From the human T2T-CHM13v2.0 reference genome, Homo sapiens, in NCBI RefSeq assembly GCF_009914755.1, contig NC_060929.1: DNA of 64,000 nt. One strand, written 5' to 3'. Below the pieces are notes generated by a model that ran no database searches, had not been told where the DNA came from, and saw nothing but the letters and a program-made list of their open reading frames with translations. Both the position numbers and the translations under genes were made by a program. Below, in pieces: positions 1 through 13,312 of the stretch. How positions within the stretch are numbered: position 1 is the first letter of the stretch; each line of letters begins with the position of its first letter.

Positions 1-57
1 ATATCATCATATATATCATGATATGTATCATTATATATACTATGTATACACATTATA

Positions 58-322
58 TATCACATTTTATTTTTCCATTCATTCGTTGATGGACACTTAG
101 GTTAATTCCATATCTTTGCTATTGTGAACAGTGCTGTAACAAACATTGGGATGCAGGTATCCCTTTGATATATTTTCCTTTGATTTCCTTTCCTTTGGAT
201 AAATAAATACCCAGTAGTGGGATTGCTGGATCATATGGTAGTTCTATTTTCAGTTTTTTGAGAAATGTCCATGCTGTTTTCTGTAGTGGCCGTACAAATT
301 TATATTCCTATCAACAGCTTAT
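58..322 (-). mobile_element. Old L1 (L1MA-like) 3' region, inverted segment
   Basis: Reverse-complement L1 motifs (GATGGACACTTAGG, CCCAGTAGTGGGATTGCTGGATCATATGGTAGTTCTATTTT). Confidence 0.8.
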
Positions 323-324
323 AA

Positions 325-838
325 ATTATATTAAGTGAAATAAACCAGGCACATAAAGAAAAATATTGCATGTTCTGACTCATAAGTGGGAGCAAAAAAA
401 AAAAAGTTCATCTCGTGGAAGTAGACAGTAGAATGAGGGGTGGAGAATGGTTGGGAGCAAGCGGTAGGGACAAAGATTGAGGTCAGTTAATGGGTACAAA
501 CATAGAGTTAGACAGAATAAATAAGCCCTAATGTTGGATAGCAGAGTAGGGTGACTGCAGTTAACAATAATGTACTGTATATTTCAAAATAGCTAGAAGA
601 GAGGATTTGAAATGTTCCCAACATATAAATATGATAAACACTCGGGATGATGAATACCCTAAATACTCTGACTCGATCATTACACTTTCTATGCATGTAG
701 CAAAATACCACATGCACCCAACACTCAAGATGATGAATACCCTAAATTCCCTGACTTGATTATTGCACTTCCTACTCATGTAGCAAAATATCACATGCAC
801 CCCATAAAAATGTACAAATACTATGTGTCCATTAAAAA
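325..838 (+). mobile_element. Old L1 (L1MA-like) 3' end with an internal 83-bp tandem duplication
   Basis: AAGTGAAATAAACCAGGCAC...ATTTCAAAATAGCTAGAAGAGAGGATTTGAAATGTTCCCAAC...A-tail at 833-840. Confidence 0.8.
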
Positions 839-1407
839 AATTTTAAAAGCATACTGAGTCTGCTGCATTTGTTCTCAAACCTGTTTGTGCAGTTATCACT
901 GTTATATAACTTAATTAAATATTACATACATCAGTAAGCTAGCAATGCAAGAGAATTGTTATTTCCATGAATATTAAGGTGAATGTTTTAGGGAAATCTG
1001 ATAAAGGTATTACTTTAAAAAACAGCTGCTCTCAAATTAGGGAGAGGGGAGTCATGAAAATCTAGGAGTCCACACTCTGATTGTGGTATAGTCAAGAAAG
1101 ATGATGTGCACTCCTTCTGGCAGCCACACTACCTGACCAATGACCAGAACTCAGTATATGGTCTCTCTCTGCTTTGGAATTAACACATTGTACATCATCA
1201 ATCATGATATATGTACCTCATCATTTTCAATATCTAAATTATATTCAATTATTGGCTATACTGTCTTTTTTTTTAACCAATGCTGTATCAATGACCTTTT
1301 CAGATTATTTGCCAATAGCAATTTTCCAATACTATAAAAATGTTGTAACTTTTATTGTATATACACTTATGCACACTTTAACAAAGTATTTCCTTAGAAT
1401 AAAATCA

Positions 1408-1758
<351 letters not shown>

Positions 1759-2622
1759 CTACATATATATGTGTATTTTAAGATATAGAATACATAAACT
1801 AAAAATTTTTAATATTTTCATTTTTAAAAATTAAATGGCTAAACGTGGGACGATGTTAATTAGTAGAATTTTCACCACCATGCACAAGATTTTATCACTG
1901 AATTTATTTGGATCTAGGTGTTTCATCTGTAAAATAAAAGGTTTAAACTAGATTACCTTGAGGCCTCCTTCTGGAGTCCAATAAGACATTGCCATGCATG
2001 CCTATATTCTCTCAGGGGCTGGGAAGTGTATAAATGCATCTATTTTGTGAGTGTTATGTCTCAAAAGTCAATACAAGTGGAATTTTATAAACCAATTCAA
2101 GTAAGCAAATCAAACTATATCATCACTTACAGAAAGTCTCTATCTTCATTTCTGACTGATGGTCCTGACCTTAGAATGGTGTCTTTCTAACCATGGGGGT
2201 GGGGCTTTGGGGTGAACAGAAAGAAACTCCCTTTGTAACTCCATTTTCTCTCTAATTGCAAACTAAACCTTTGTCCTTCCCAGACAACCTTCTGAAAAAG
2301 TGCTCACCTCACATGCAGCATTCACACCCTTGTCTGGCTTTCACCCAATCTCCCCATGGACACTGCTCCACTGTGGTCACAAGGGACTACCTAAGGACTC
2401 TGGTTCTGCCTTTTCTTTCCATGACACATGACACCATTCACTCTTCTTGAATGTCTTTTTTTCTATGAGACTATATTACTTCATTACTTCCCAAGTCTCT
2501 GGTTCTTCTACTTCCATCCTCCTTTTGTGTTCTTCCTCTATTTGTCCTCACAAAGTTCCCACAGTTTAGCTTAAAGTTTCTCTGACTTCTCGGCAGCTTA
2601 AACAGTTAAGAATCTTCAAACA

Positions 2623-2919
2623 GGCCAGACATAGTGGTTCATGCCTGCAATCCCAGTGATTTGGGAGATCGAGGCAAGAGGATCATTTGAAGCCAAGCAT
2701 TCAAGACTAGCCTGGGCAACATAATAAGACCCCATCTCTATAAAAAAAATTTTTTTTAATCAGCTGAGTGTGGTGGTGTGTGCCTGTAGTCCTAGCTACT
2801 CAGGAGGCTGACGGGGAAGGATCACTTGAACTCAGGAGTTTGAAGTTAGCATGAGCTATTATTGTGCCACTGCACTCCAGCCTGGGCAACAGAGCAAGAC
2901 CCTGCCTCCTTCTCTAAAA
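2623..2919 (+). mobile_element. AluJ element
   Basis: Diverged Alu dimer; degenerate TSD TAAGAATCTTCAAA / TAAGAGTTTTCAAA. Confidence 0.9.
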
Positions 2920-3074
2920 TAAGAGTTTTCAAAAAAATTAAGTATACCAGCTAGTTATGATACATTGCAATGCATTCTTTCATAAGGCCAACAATGATTA
3001 GTTTTGATCACCCCTTAGTTTATCTCCTTTCTAGACAAATCTAGATTTTCTTATATCTCAAAATATAAATCCCT

Positions 3075-3216
3075 AGACCAGCAGCATCTGCACCACCTGA
3101 GAACTTGTTAAAATGGGAAATGCTTGGACCCCACCTCAAACCTACTGAATCAGCAATATGTGTTTCAGCAGGGCTTTCAGGTGATTCTGATGCATGCTAA
3201 AGTTTGAGAACCACTA
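3075..3216. mobile_element. MER5A-like hAT-Charlie fossil
   Basis: CCAGCAGCATC...CCTACTGAATCAG...CAGGTGATTCTGATGCATGCTAAAGTTTGAGAACCACT. Confidence 0.75.
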
Positions 3217-3711
3217 CCCTATGTCAGACACCCTTTTAATGCTAGCTCTCAGTTTAATGACTAGGATAACTGATGGGAAATCAGAAATAATCACTTCTCC
3301 CTCTAAATTTCTGTATGGTGTTGAATGACATCTATAGATTCATTACTCCTAGGGAGACCAGGATGAAAGAGGGAATAAAATGCAGGACGCAAAGGCAGTC
3401 CTCCCAAATTGCCTTTCACAGGAAATGACAACCTGGTCTGACTATGAGAATTACCTTACTGTTTTTGCTACCACTGGTGATATCCCCAATGCCTGAGGGA
3501 GAAGCACTTCCTGTCTTTGTTGTCTTGAACAGCCCTATTTGTCAGATTCACTAACTGTGTAGGCCCCCAACATTTTCAATCACCTCACAACCCAACAGGA
3601 TGGATAAGTAGCTGGGCAGATGGGGATCTGACAGGTGAAAGGGAAGGAAAGCCTGTCTTCTTCTTGAGCAGCTGCTGCTCTGGTGAAGACACAGGGCCTG
3701 TTACAAGCTTT

Positions 3712-3913
3712 ATTTATTAATTCCTTCACCCATCCATCCTTTTATTCATTCACTCATCCATCCATCCCTTCATTCATTCATCCATCCTTCCACCAACCAT
3801 CCCTTCAGTCATCCATTCATCCAATAGCCATCCATCCCTCTTCCCATCCATCTTTCCTACCTTCATCTATCTACCTATCCACCCATTCATTCATCCAATC
3901 ATCCATTCATTCC
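3712..3913 (+). repeat. Degenerate (TCCA/TTCA)n simple repeat
   Basis: About 200 bp of TCCA/TTCA/TCTA units. Confidence 0.9.
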
Positions 3914-5520
3914 AGAAATATTTATTATGCCTCAGCTTAGTTTCTCTCCAATATCAAATGAGATTAGGCCCATTGATCTATGGAATTTTCTTGTTTCCCA
4001 AGTGTTTTCTGGAATGGTACATTGAAGTGTGGGAAGAAAATTTCAAAACTTCTATTTATATCTCTTATCTCTTCATTTTAATAATGTCTAGTTGGAGTGT
4101 ATGTTTTATAATGAACGCAATATATTAATACGATAGTGTGTATATAGTTTGAAATTACATGCTCAAAAAAATTTTGCACTAGCAAAGTGTGCAGTCAGGG
4201 GTGTACAGATCCAAAGATTTTGGAGACCACGGCTATGAAGATTAGTGGTAAGACTACAGAGCAATTTGGGGTAGACAGGTACTAGCTTTTGGGGTGAAAA
4301 CCATGAAGAGCCCCCAGCACCATAAAGCTGGGCAGCTAGAAAACATGCCTGCCACTCAGAGCAAATGGGCCCACTTTCATCTGATTTTATTGCCCATGAT
4401 TGCACAGGTGGTTACTGCAGCACCAGAAACAGAGGCCAGTCCTGCTCCAGTCTAGCTCTTTTTCCACACTTCCTCAAAGAAGCATTTGGACTGTGGCCCG
4501 GGCTTCAAACCAAGAGGGCAGATCTTTAAATAACCTCACTCCCTACCAGAGTAGCCTCAAACTTTCTTGCCCATAGGTGAAAATAGAGATTTTCAGTTAA
4601 TGAAAATGTAAATATCTGACATTCATGTAACTTTGTATCTCATTCACACCCAATTTCTATCATCTTACAAAATATATCAATTCGAGCAAACAGGATTTTT
4701 TCTTATATAGACTTTTTTTAGCATTTTTATCGATTCACCTAAAATGTTTCCATAATTTGCCCACAAGGCAGAATGAACATAGACTGTTCTTGAATATGAT
4801 ACTCAAGCTTCAAAGCTGTAAAATACTCTCTTCTTTCATAGGTACTGAAAGGTTTGTCTTTGGCTATGTTTTCTAAAAGCAACCCCCTTCAAAAATATTA
4901 GAAAATAAATGAAAATAAAATGCTAGTATTAATTATGAATGAGAAACTTAAACTGATAAAAGTAAAAATTGTTCGACATTTTTAGAGCTGTAATCTTCAG
5001 TAAAACAGCTAACAACTGATTGAGAGTTAATTATAAGGGGTTTCCCCATAGAACATGGAAGAGTGCAAAGGAGTACTCAGTAGCTGTTTAATAGCAAAGT
5101 TTCTACCATTGAAAATGTCAAAATCCAGGAAGAGAACACAAAACAAAGAAGAAAAAATGCTCTAAGTCTAGGACCTCAAGAGCCATACAGGTAGCAAAAT
5201 AGAAATGGTTATTTCAAGCCTGAGCTCTGCATCTAACTAATGATGTCAACAGAAGTGTTTACCTTGTGTTGTTGTTTTGCAGAATGAGTTAATATATTGG
5301 GACCTACTTTTAGGAAACTCTAAAAAATGAGTAGACCAAAAATGTGAGGCAGAGAAGCAAATATCCTGACCCCCTGTTTTGATAGAAGAGGCTTATCCAG
5401 AGCAGAAAATTCTGTTGAAGAGCTTGTCCTTTAATATGAATGAGAGTTCTTATTTATTGAATGAATTGTTAAAATAACATTTAGCAATTTAACAAAATCA
5501 CAAATCAACACAGAGAAGCT

Positions 5521-6979
5521 GTATCTTGTTCTTTTTTATTGAACAATAATAAACATGTCCTTTTAAAACAAAACCTAACAGCTTATGCAGCTTTACATTC
5601 AAAGGCCTTCCCACACACATTCACAACTCTGTTGGCCAACTTCAAGAATAAAATACAGGTAAATACTGAAATAATTCTTAAATAAGTTCTTCACTTCAAA
5701 TAAAATACTTCTGAGATATTTCCTAAGAACATCTAGTACAACAGTCCTGTTTGTGCTAAGATTCTTTCAAATATACTCCTAATTCCACTTATCAACCAAG
5801 TTTAAAAGAAAAAAATATGAAAATAAACTATATTTTAAAGTTGACATGTTTTCTGCTGAAAATTGATTCTTCTTTTACAAACCTCCTAAAAACTTATTTT
5901 CTACCTTAAATTGAAAATTCACCTAAGTCACAGCACTTATGTTTAAATAAGGACCCTCTGTTGCTCATTTTTTGACATTTTTGAAATCCAGAGTGACTCT
6001 GTTTTTCTTATGCTTATTAAGGTTATTATTACTATAATTATGGATAATAAATTTATCATGCCTCAGATGTTTGAAAACCTTATAGAGTCATAGTTTTATT
6101 CTAACCATTTTCAACAAATAATACTAGATTTCTTTCCTCAAGAGGATGATAAATATGGGTAGGGAAGATGACTTGCACTAACACATTTATTTATAAAAAT
6201 ATATAAATATTTACCTTCATACACACACAAACCACCAGTGGGTAAAATACTTCTTAGATTTATCTCTGAGGTGGCATACGTTAAAGCTATTTATGGAAGT
6301 GTATGTGTTTCCTATGCCCCAGAACCGTCCTTCAGATACAGGTAACCCGGGAACTACATCAGCAGCCTTTTGAAATTGCTCTCAGTTCAAAGCTGTTTGT
6401 TACTCAAATTTCCATAAGCTTCAAACATCTTACTTCCTTCAGGGGTTTTCTGGTTGTTTTATTTTGACTTTTCCCAAAGCCAAAAAAAAAAAGCACAATT
6501 AAATTCTAGAGAAGCTACCTACCAAGGAAGGGCTAAATATTTTATTTCCCACTCCCACCCCCTCCCCATCTTCTCCTGCTCTTAAGTCTTCATTCCATAT
6601 CCCAACATTAATGTACATCAAAGTCAAAGAACTAATTTGACTCACTGCGGTCTTCAGCTTTGCCTAGCTCCCTCTTTGGTTGACCTGTCTCCATGTAAGA
6701 TTACCTAAATTGCATTTTTAGTTCTTCAGTGTTACTATACACACACATTTAACAAATCTACATGCATTCGAATATTTAACAAACACATACAAGTGTTCAG
6801 TCATATGGATGTTATGGATTGTAAGTATCCTACTTTTTGTTTTCTGGATCCACCATGCATCACATTTGGTCTTCAAAAATTACATGTCCTTATGCTATAA
6901 TCTAGAAAGTTCCTAAAATGTTGGCTGTGTGTTGAACAATCACGAAAATAGAGCCTTCTCTCAGAAATCACAGCCGGGA
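5521..6979 (-). other. ESM1: ESM1 3' UTR (~1.45 kb), AU-rich
   Basis: Follows the stop codon; about ten ATTTA pentamers (TAAAT on +) and five AATAAA hexamers (+ strand TTTATT starting at 5535, 6095, 6186, 6458, 6541). Confidence 0.85.
5535..5540 (-). terminator. ESM1: ESM1 distal polyadenylation signal AATAAA
   Basis: TTTATT on +; a GU/U-rich element (TTCTCTGTGTTGATTTGTG on -) lies about 20-40 nt downstream. Confidence 0.85.
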
Positions 6980-7083
6980 TCAGCGTGGATTTAACCATTT
7001 CCTCATTACGGGAGACCCGGCAGCATTCTCTTTCACAACTTCTTCTCTCACAATATTGCCATCTCCAGATGCCATGTCATGCT
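6980..7083 (-). CDS. ESM1: ESM1 coding exon 3 (C-terminus with the Ser-Gly glycosaminoglycan attachment motif)
   Basis: Acceptor ctttcag|AG, translates (E)HDMASGDGNIVREEVVKENAAGSPVMRKWLNPR then TGA at 6982-6980; exon total 301+150+104=555 nt = 184 aa. Confidence 0.97.
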
Positions 7084-7214
7084 CTGAAAGTAGACGGAAT
7101 ACAAATCATGTCCAAACATCTATAGCTCAAAGACAACACAGTTTTGCTTTATTTTTGTTTTACATGGAATTTACAATGAAATCTTTAATCAATTTAAGAT
7201 TCCATGCTAACTGT

Positions 7215-7465
7215 ATTCACTGCTCTATATCAGTGAGCACCTCTATATACAATAGCACCCCTTGAATTACTTATCTTTGTATACCTATCGTCACCTGACA
7301 TTATCTTCTACATGTATTTGTCTTTTTTTCCTGTGTATTATTTCACTCCACCACTAGAATTCCAGTTTCACAAAGGTAGGGACTTTATTTTGCTCACTGC
7401 TATATCTCCAGCACTTAGGACAGTGCTTGCCACATAGTAGGCACTTAATAAATACTTATGGAATA
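7215..7465 (+). mobile_element. L2 3' end fragment
   Basis: CCACTAGAAT...GCTCACTGCTATATCTCCAGCACTTAGGACAGTGCTTGCCACATAGTAGGCACTTAATAAATA. Confidence 0.7.
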
Positions 7466-7671
7466 GGCAAATGTTGTACAAACAGGTCTCAAGTTAGATT
7501 CTTACACTAACTGGTATGAAAGACAGATTAACTTTTGCTGCATCCAGAAGGCAAAAGGCAGACCAATGGGTAGAACGTTCATAAAGACACTTCTCACTCT
7601 ACATATGAGAAAAGTTTGTAATATTTGAAATTTGCTAAAATGAAATTTTCTACTTCAAGGAGTAGTGAGGT

Positions 7672-7773
7672 GTGCTTGCTTTGGCAGTGCACATTCTGAT
7701 GTGGAATGCTTTAAGAAGATTAGCGTGGCCCAGCAGACGAATGTGTGTAAGTCCATGAAACATTCCAGATCTT
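7672..7773 (+). pseudogene. Diverged U6 snRNA retropseudogene in ESM1 intron 2, antisense to ESM1
   Basis: GTGCTTGCTTTGGCAG...GAAGATTAGCGTGGCCC...CATGAAACATTCCAGATCTT is colinear with U6 (GTGCTCGCTTCGGCAG...GAAGATTAGCATGGCCCC...CGTGAAGCGTTCCATATTTT), with CpG decay. Confidence 0.8.
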
Positions 7774-8641
7774 ACTCCCCCAAGACCCTCGTACACAAAA
7801 ACTTACTTGTGAATTCCCAACTTGGGAAGCTCACTGCCAAAAAAAAGAACACCAAGTGGAACACTGTGGACAGGAAGCACATTTGACAAGAGTGCTGTAG
7901 CCAGCAGGTGGAAAGTTGGAGAAGACAAGCTCGTGCTCTGGGGGTCCTAGTGCTGGTGAAGCTTGCAGCCATTTAGCCTGCTCTCAAAGGCTGGGCCCAA
8001 ACAGGTTTGTGCAGAGGTGATGTGAAGCCTGTGTCAGGAGTGAAGCCCAAGCCTTCTCCTGTAAACTCCAGTGCATGAACCTGGAAGTCTCATGTAGTCT
8101 CAAAGACACATGTAGACTACAAAGAACCCTAGGCAGCCTCCCCAAGAGGTCCTTAGGGTTTTCTGCTCTCCATCCTGAACCTGACTAAGGTTTACCAAGA
8201 TCACACTAAAAATCATCTTTTGCTGGTTGCACCTTTAGCTAATGAAAGGAAATACCCTAGGTCAGAAAAGAGAGAAACTGACTGCTTTTTTCAAATATTT
8301 CTGATAAGAATCTCAATGCCTAACTTTGATGTGGAAATATTTTTGTGTAACCTATAATGTAAGTATTGTTATGGGCATCACCATACTTAAAACTAATAAT
8401 TCACTTAAAAGCACGATATTTCCGCTTCATTTTAATGTGTTTAGTTGACCCATACATAAGAAGGAGGTAAAATTAGAAAACAAGCACCTTTGCCAAATAG
8501 TTTATATTTTATTAACTTGAAATGCAAAAGACCAAAAGCAAAAACTAAATAAAATGGACTTGAATTGTTATTTATAGTTGTGGTGGGAAAAAGTATATCA
8601 TTTGTTGATACTAGCCATCTCTGTGACTATATGTTGGGCTT

Positions 8642-8885
8642 ATTATTTATTTATTTTTTATAATTTTAAATACAGTTTTTAATTGACAAATAATAATTGT
8701 ATACATTTAGGGTACAATATGATACTTTGATATATATCTCCACTGTGGAATGATGAACTCAAACTAGGTAGCATATCCATCACCTCATATACTTATTTTT
8801 TGTGATGGGAACATTTAAAATTTATTATTTTACCAATTTTGAAATATATAAGAATTATTAACTACAATCGCCATTCTGTGCAATG
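8642..8885 (-). mobile_element. L1MA-like 3' end fragment
   Basis: T-rich tail, then TTGACAAATAATAATTGTATACATTT...CATATCCATCACCTCA...TTTGAAATATA. Confidence 0.7.
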
Positions 8886-9644
8886 GAGGCCTAAGCTTTA
8901 GTGATGTATGTTGCTTTAAATGAGCTACTTTCAGTTTAATGGAACTCTCCTGTACTGGCCAGCTATTCAACAAAATAAACAAATATGTACATAGCACCAT
9001 CTCATAGGTTGTGTATTCCTCACATTCTAACACCTGTATAAGAAATACACACGGACTAACAAGCAGCACGTATTACTACAGTTTCATTCATTTCCAAAAT
9101 TTCAATCACATACTATTTCTTATCCTCTCCAAAATCCATAAAAACACACACTTGGAATTATTACACTTAAATGCTTTCATTTGGTTAAAAAAAAGAAACG
9201 TTCTATATTTTCTATCTTGACTCTTAAAGCTTATCCAATAAATTCCTCACAGTACTTTTTCTATGTGAAGTTGGGAGATAAATAGTTTTGTCTAGTAAAT
9301 ATATAAAACAGATCACTGAAGAATTTAAAGAACTTTGTGTATCTCAGTTGGTTATTTTTTATTACAGATTTTTGGTAATCAATCATATTTATCCTCCTAT
9401 AAATCATATTTAAACCAGGTAAACTTTATGAGAAATTATATGTAAACCTCAAAATTATTGATGGGCTCTTTTTAGAAAACAGCAACAGCAACCAAACTCA
9501 GCTACCACCCACCGTTCCCCTGAGTAAAGCAAAGGAAATAAAATCATTCCAATCCACATCTTATTCTACTCACAGATATTTTCTAAGTTATTCACACTGA
9601 AATGAGACTATTCTTCCAATGCTTATACCAGAATCAGTGCTTAC

Positions 9645-9794
9645 CCGTGAGAGAAACAAATCTGTTGGAAGACTTGGTTACTGAATATTGGAAGAAGGGG
9701 AATTTCAGGCATTTTCCCGTCCCCCTGTCACAGATGCCTGACTGGCAGTTGCAGGTCTCTCTGCAATCCATCCCGAAGGTGCCGTAGGGACAGT
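9645..9794 (-). CDS. ESM1: ESM1 coding exon 2 (EGF-like Cys segment and FPFF motif)
   Basis: Acceptor ccccag|AC, translates (D)CPYGTFGMDCRETCNCQSGICDRGTGKCLKFPFFQYSVTKSSNRFVSLT, donor ACGG|GTAAGC; 150 nt, phase 1-1. Confidence 0.98.
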
Positions 9795-12700
9795 CTGGGG
9801 ACAAAGGAAAGGTTGGAGAGGACGCTGCTTGTTGTAAATACGTCTCCATCCTAACAGCCCTGGGTGCATAGCCTTGCGATTTGAACCAACCTCATGAACC
9901 TTGACTGTAAAGTAAAATCCAATTCTCCAAACCCAGGATTTGAAAGTTGAAACTTTGAGTCATAAATATGAAATCACACATTAAGAACAGATAATGGATG
10001 CCTCGGGCTTAGTGTTGTGATGTAAAGTTAAGTTGAAGACAGCTACACACAGCCAGTCTCCTTGGACCAGTCTTCATTCTGGTGATGTTCTGCTTAGATA
10101 CCAATAAATTCTCACAGATGACCTCTGTAACAGCTCAGCAAAGGTGGGAAATTGAACAGACATATATGCATCAGCTCCTCAAAGAGTTTTTAAAATGTGA
10201 TGCTATCTTTGAATCTACTGTATTCACAGATAATTTACTATTTTAAGTGTATAGGAAAGGGCTTCAAACTAACCAGGGAGAGAGCTATCATCCTAGCTCA
10301 CCATGAAGCAATCAATCTTCCATCTGCTCCAACCCTTATCAAGTTCCTTATTTGTCGAAACGGCATGTCATACAACTTGCCTGACTCCCTCAGTAGTTAA
10401 GAGGGCTCCCTAGTAAAATCCTCTGCAAGGCTAACATGCAAGATGCTAAATGAGCAAGAAAGCTCAGGGCTTATACACCCTGAGGGTTTGTACACCTACC
10501 AAGAACTAGAAGCTTTTAGACCTCCAGTGCTTACACTTATGCCAAAACATCCTACATTGAAATAAAGAGGACAAAGTCGTTTATTTAAAATGCATAAAAT
10601 TATTTAAAATGCTGTTTTTAGGATAAACAGCATCTCAGTAGACTAACCAACCTTTAAAAGCCAGCAGAATAGATATAGAATATTCTCTTGTTGTGAAAAT
10701 ACCTTGTAAATGTACAATCACAGGTGGGTAAAGAACAAATTGTGAGCCATCTGAGTCTCTAGCAGTCTAATACTCCACTAACTGACCAAGTAGATCATCA
10801 ATGAGCTATCTTTTTTTAAAGAGATCTATGAGTGCTCTTTTCAATATGGTTCAGATCACAGAGGAACCTGGTTTTGAACACTGTTCTCTTTGCTGGGAAG
10901 AAGAGATCTTAAAAAGGGATCCTGCAAAGGCCTGTTCCAGAAAAGCACACAGGATTAGGATTTGACTGTGCCTGCAGCGATATTGAAAACTAAAACTTTA
11001 GCCAAATTCCCAGAGATACTTCTAGTGTATCCCCTGATGTACTGAACAGTGCTGGGCAGATAGTAAGTGTTCATTAAATATGTGTTGGCTGCTGATTGTT
11101 AATCTGGGCAAGATGTTCACAGACATCTGAATATTTAGAAGACATTTGGATACGCAGCTGAAGTTTACAGTTTTCACGTGGATGTTCTTTTAAAAAGCTG
11201 AAGAAGGGAGATGATTGCCAAATGTATTATCTCTATCTCGAGTTGCTAAGGCTCACAAAGTCTCCTATTTCCAGCAGAGAGAAAAATGCTTAAAACTAGA
11301 TTCATCAGCAACCTGAAGAAAGCCAAAAGAAGCAATCTTAAAGATCTTTTTAGTATCTTGATCATTCAGTAGAATACTACAGTGCTAAAGACTCCAGATG
11401 CCACACAGCTTGTTTCTTTGCCCATATGTAATGTACATTTACAATCACATGTACAAAGGCATATTATGCCAAGAGAAAAAGCAATCCACTGCATATACAT
11501 GCTATATCATAAGTATGATTGTGTTAACCACTTCCTCCCTAATTTCCTTATGTGAAGTACTGTTTTCTTGGTCAATAAGCCCCATAATTTACAAAATATA
11601 CAGATCCTATTCAGTTGAAAGAAACATGCATATGTGTTCACCAAACAAAATATTTTCTCAATATTCTATTTCTTATTGTATATAAACAAAAATAAACTAA
11701 GCAAAAAATAAAACTCTCCTAATACTTTAAGAATTTGTTTTTTTAATTTTGTATGTCTTGCAAATTAAAAGATGATTAATTTATACATTATATGTCTAAG
11801 AAGTAGGAGAATTAATGAGATTAGCACAATACTGGATAAATATTATTCATAAAAAATGTATTAAATACATAAAACATAATAATTATTTAGAAATTTCTCA
11901 GTCCTTTTTATAATTTTGAAAGCTTCCTGGTATTACACAACTGATGGATGGGGTTATAGCATGTGTTGCTTCTTAATAATAGCTCTTCATAATAAGATCA
12001 TGAGATATCTATACGTAGAGTATTTTTAAATCATCATTCTTTTTATTCTAAACATTTTTAAAATGTTAAATATTTTAAACTAGTTACTATGTTTAAAATA
12101 AATTCTACAAATGCTTAACTACATTATTTAGCTAAAATTTCAACCGACGAAGTTTTTCTTTAAGTGTACAAGTGGTCAACCTCATTCTTTACAGACTTCC
12201 AGTTTTTATTTTTCTCTATTGTTATTTTTCCTTGTCTTAACACCATCTGCTATTTTTCCAGATGACCAAAACCTTTATAAAGTCAGATGAGGTTTGTTTT
12301 ATGCTTCAGGGGACCCTCTTTGAAGAGTGAGTTATTTTGTTAGATGACTTAAGCTCACTCTATTCCATAAAGTGCATTTGTGTTTATCAGAAATATTTGA
12401 TCTTGAGAGTGGCCCTCCATCCTGTGGACCCTTTCAAGATCAAAGAATCACTAAATCTGGGGGCTAGAAACCATTCCAAGAGGTTATCTAGTGCAGACCT
12501 TTGTAATCGCTGCCTCGCAGAGGAGAGAGCACCTAAGCCATCCTTAACAGATTACCTGTCAAGTTTCTAAAGTTTTCCAGAAAAGGAGCCAACACAATCT
12601 TCCATTGCAGCTTTCTTTTTGCGATCTCCTAAGGCAACGAGTAAAATGCCACACTTCTTTCTGTGCCTTCCTGCACACTGGTTTCAGTTGCTACTTGGAG

Positions 12701-12864
12701 CTATCCTTCAGTCTCTAGCCATGACAATACCTGTGTGGTGCCTTGTCAAGAATCCACCTGCCTTTTCCCTCTTACTCTTGAGGAGCAAAGCCACCTCACC
12801 TCCCAAGCTGGCTAAAAGCTCTCAGCATGCCCCGGGAGGGGAGAGGTAAGGGGTCACTCTTTAC

Positions 12865-13165
12865 CTTTGCAGATACCAAACTCTTCACCAAAAGGATCCT
12901 CCCCATTAGAAGGCTGACACCTCAGCCCCGGGCCACACTTCATGCCATCCATGCCTGAGACTGTGCGGTAGCAAGTTTCTCCCCGCCCTGCAGCGCACAC
13001 TCGGCAGCAGCCACAGTCGTCGAGCACTGTCCTCTTGCAGCGCGGGCTGCTTTTGCACTCACTGCTGTCACAGTGTTGAGGGCAGTCCACCGCATAATTA
13101 TTGCTCCAGGCGGCCACCAGGTGTGCAGGCACGAGGAGCGTGGTCAGCAGCAAGACGCTCTTCAT
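12865..13165 (-). CDS. ESM1: ESM1 (endocan) coding exon 1: signal peptide and Cys-rich IGFBP-like N-terminal domain
   Basis: ATG at 13165-13163; translates MKSVLLLTTLLVPAHLVAAWSNNYAVDCPQHCD...CGCCRVC...EEFGICK; ends AAAG|GTAAAG donor (phase 1); 301 nt. Confidence 0.98.
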
Positions 13166-13266
13166 GTTTCCCAGCTGCCTCCGGCTCGGCTCTCCAGTCG
13201 TGGTCTTTGCTGGTGGGAAGCAGCCGTCCAAACTGGTAGCTGAGCCTCTGCCTACACGTTTATGAG

Positions 13267-13312
13267 TTTTATACACTGGGTTGCCCGCATGCTTTCCCGT
13301 CATCAATTTCCT
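13267..13312 (-). promoter_or_regulatory. ESM1: ESM1 proximal promoter: TATA box, CRE-like half site and ETS core
   Basis: - strand reads GAGGAAATTGATGACGGGAAAG...TATAAAA; TATAAAA at 13273-13267, TGACG at 13302-13298, AGGAA at 13312-13308; about 100 nt upstream of the ATG. Confidence 0.8.

Noticed and set aside
637-802. Direct repeats considered as a CRISPR-like array
   Set aside because: Only two adjacent copies with no spacers, inside an L1 in a mammalian genome.
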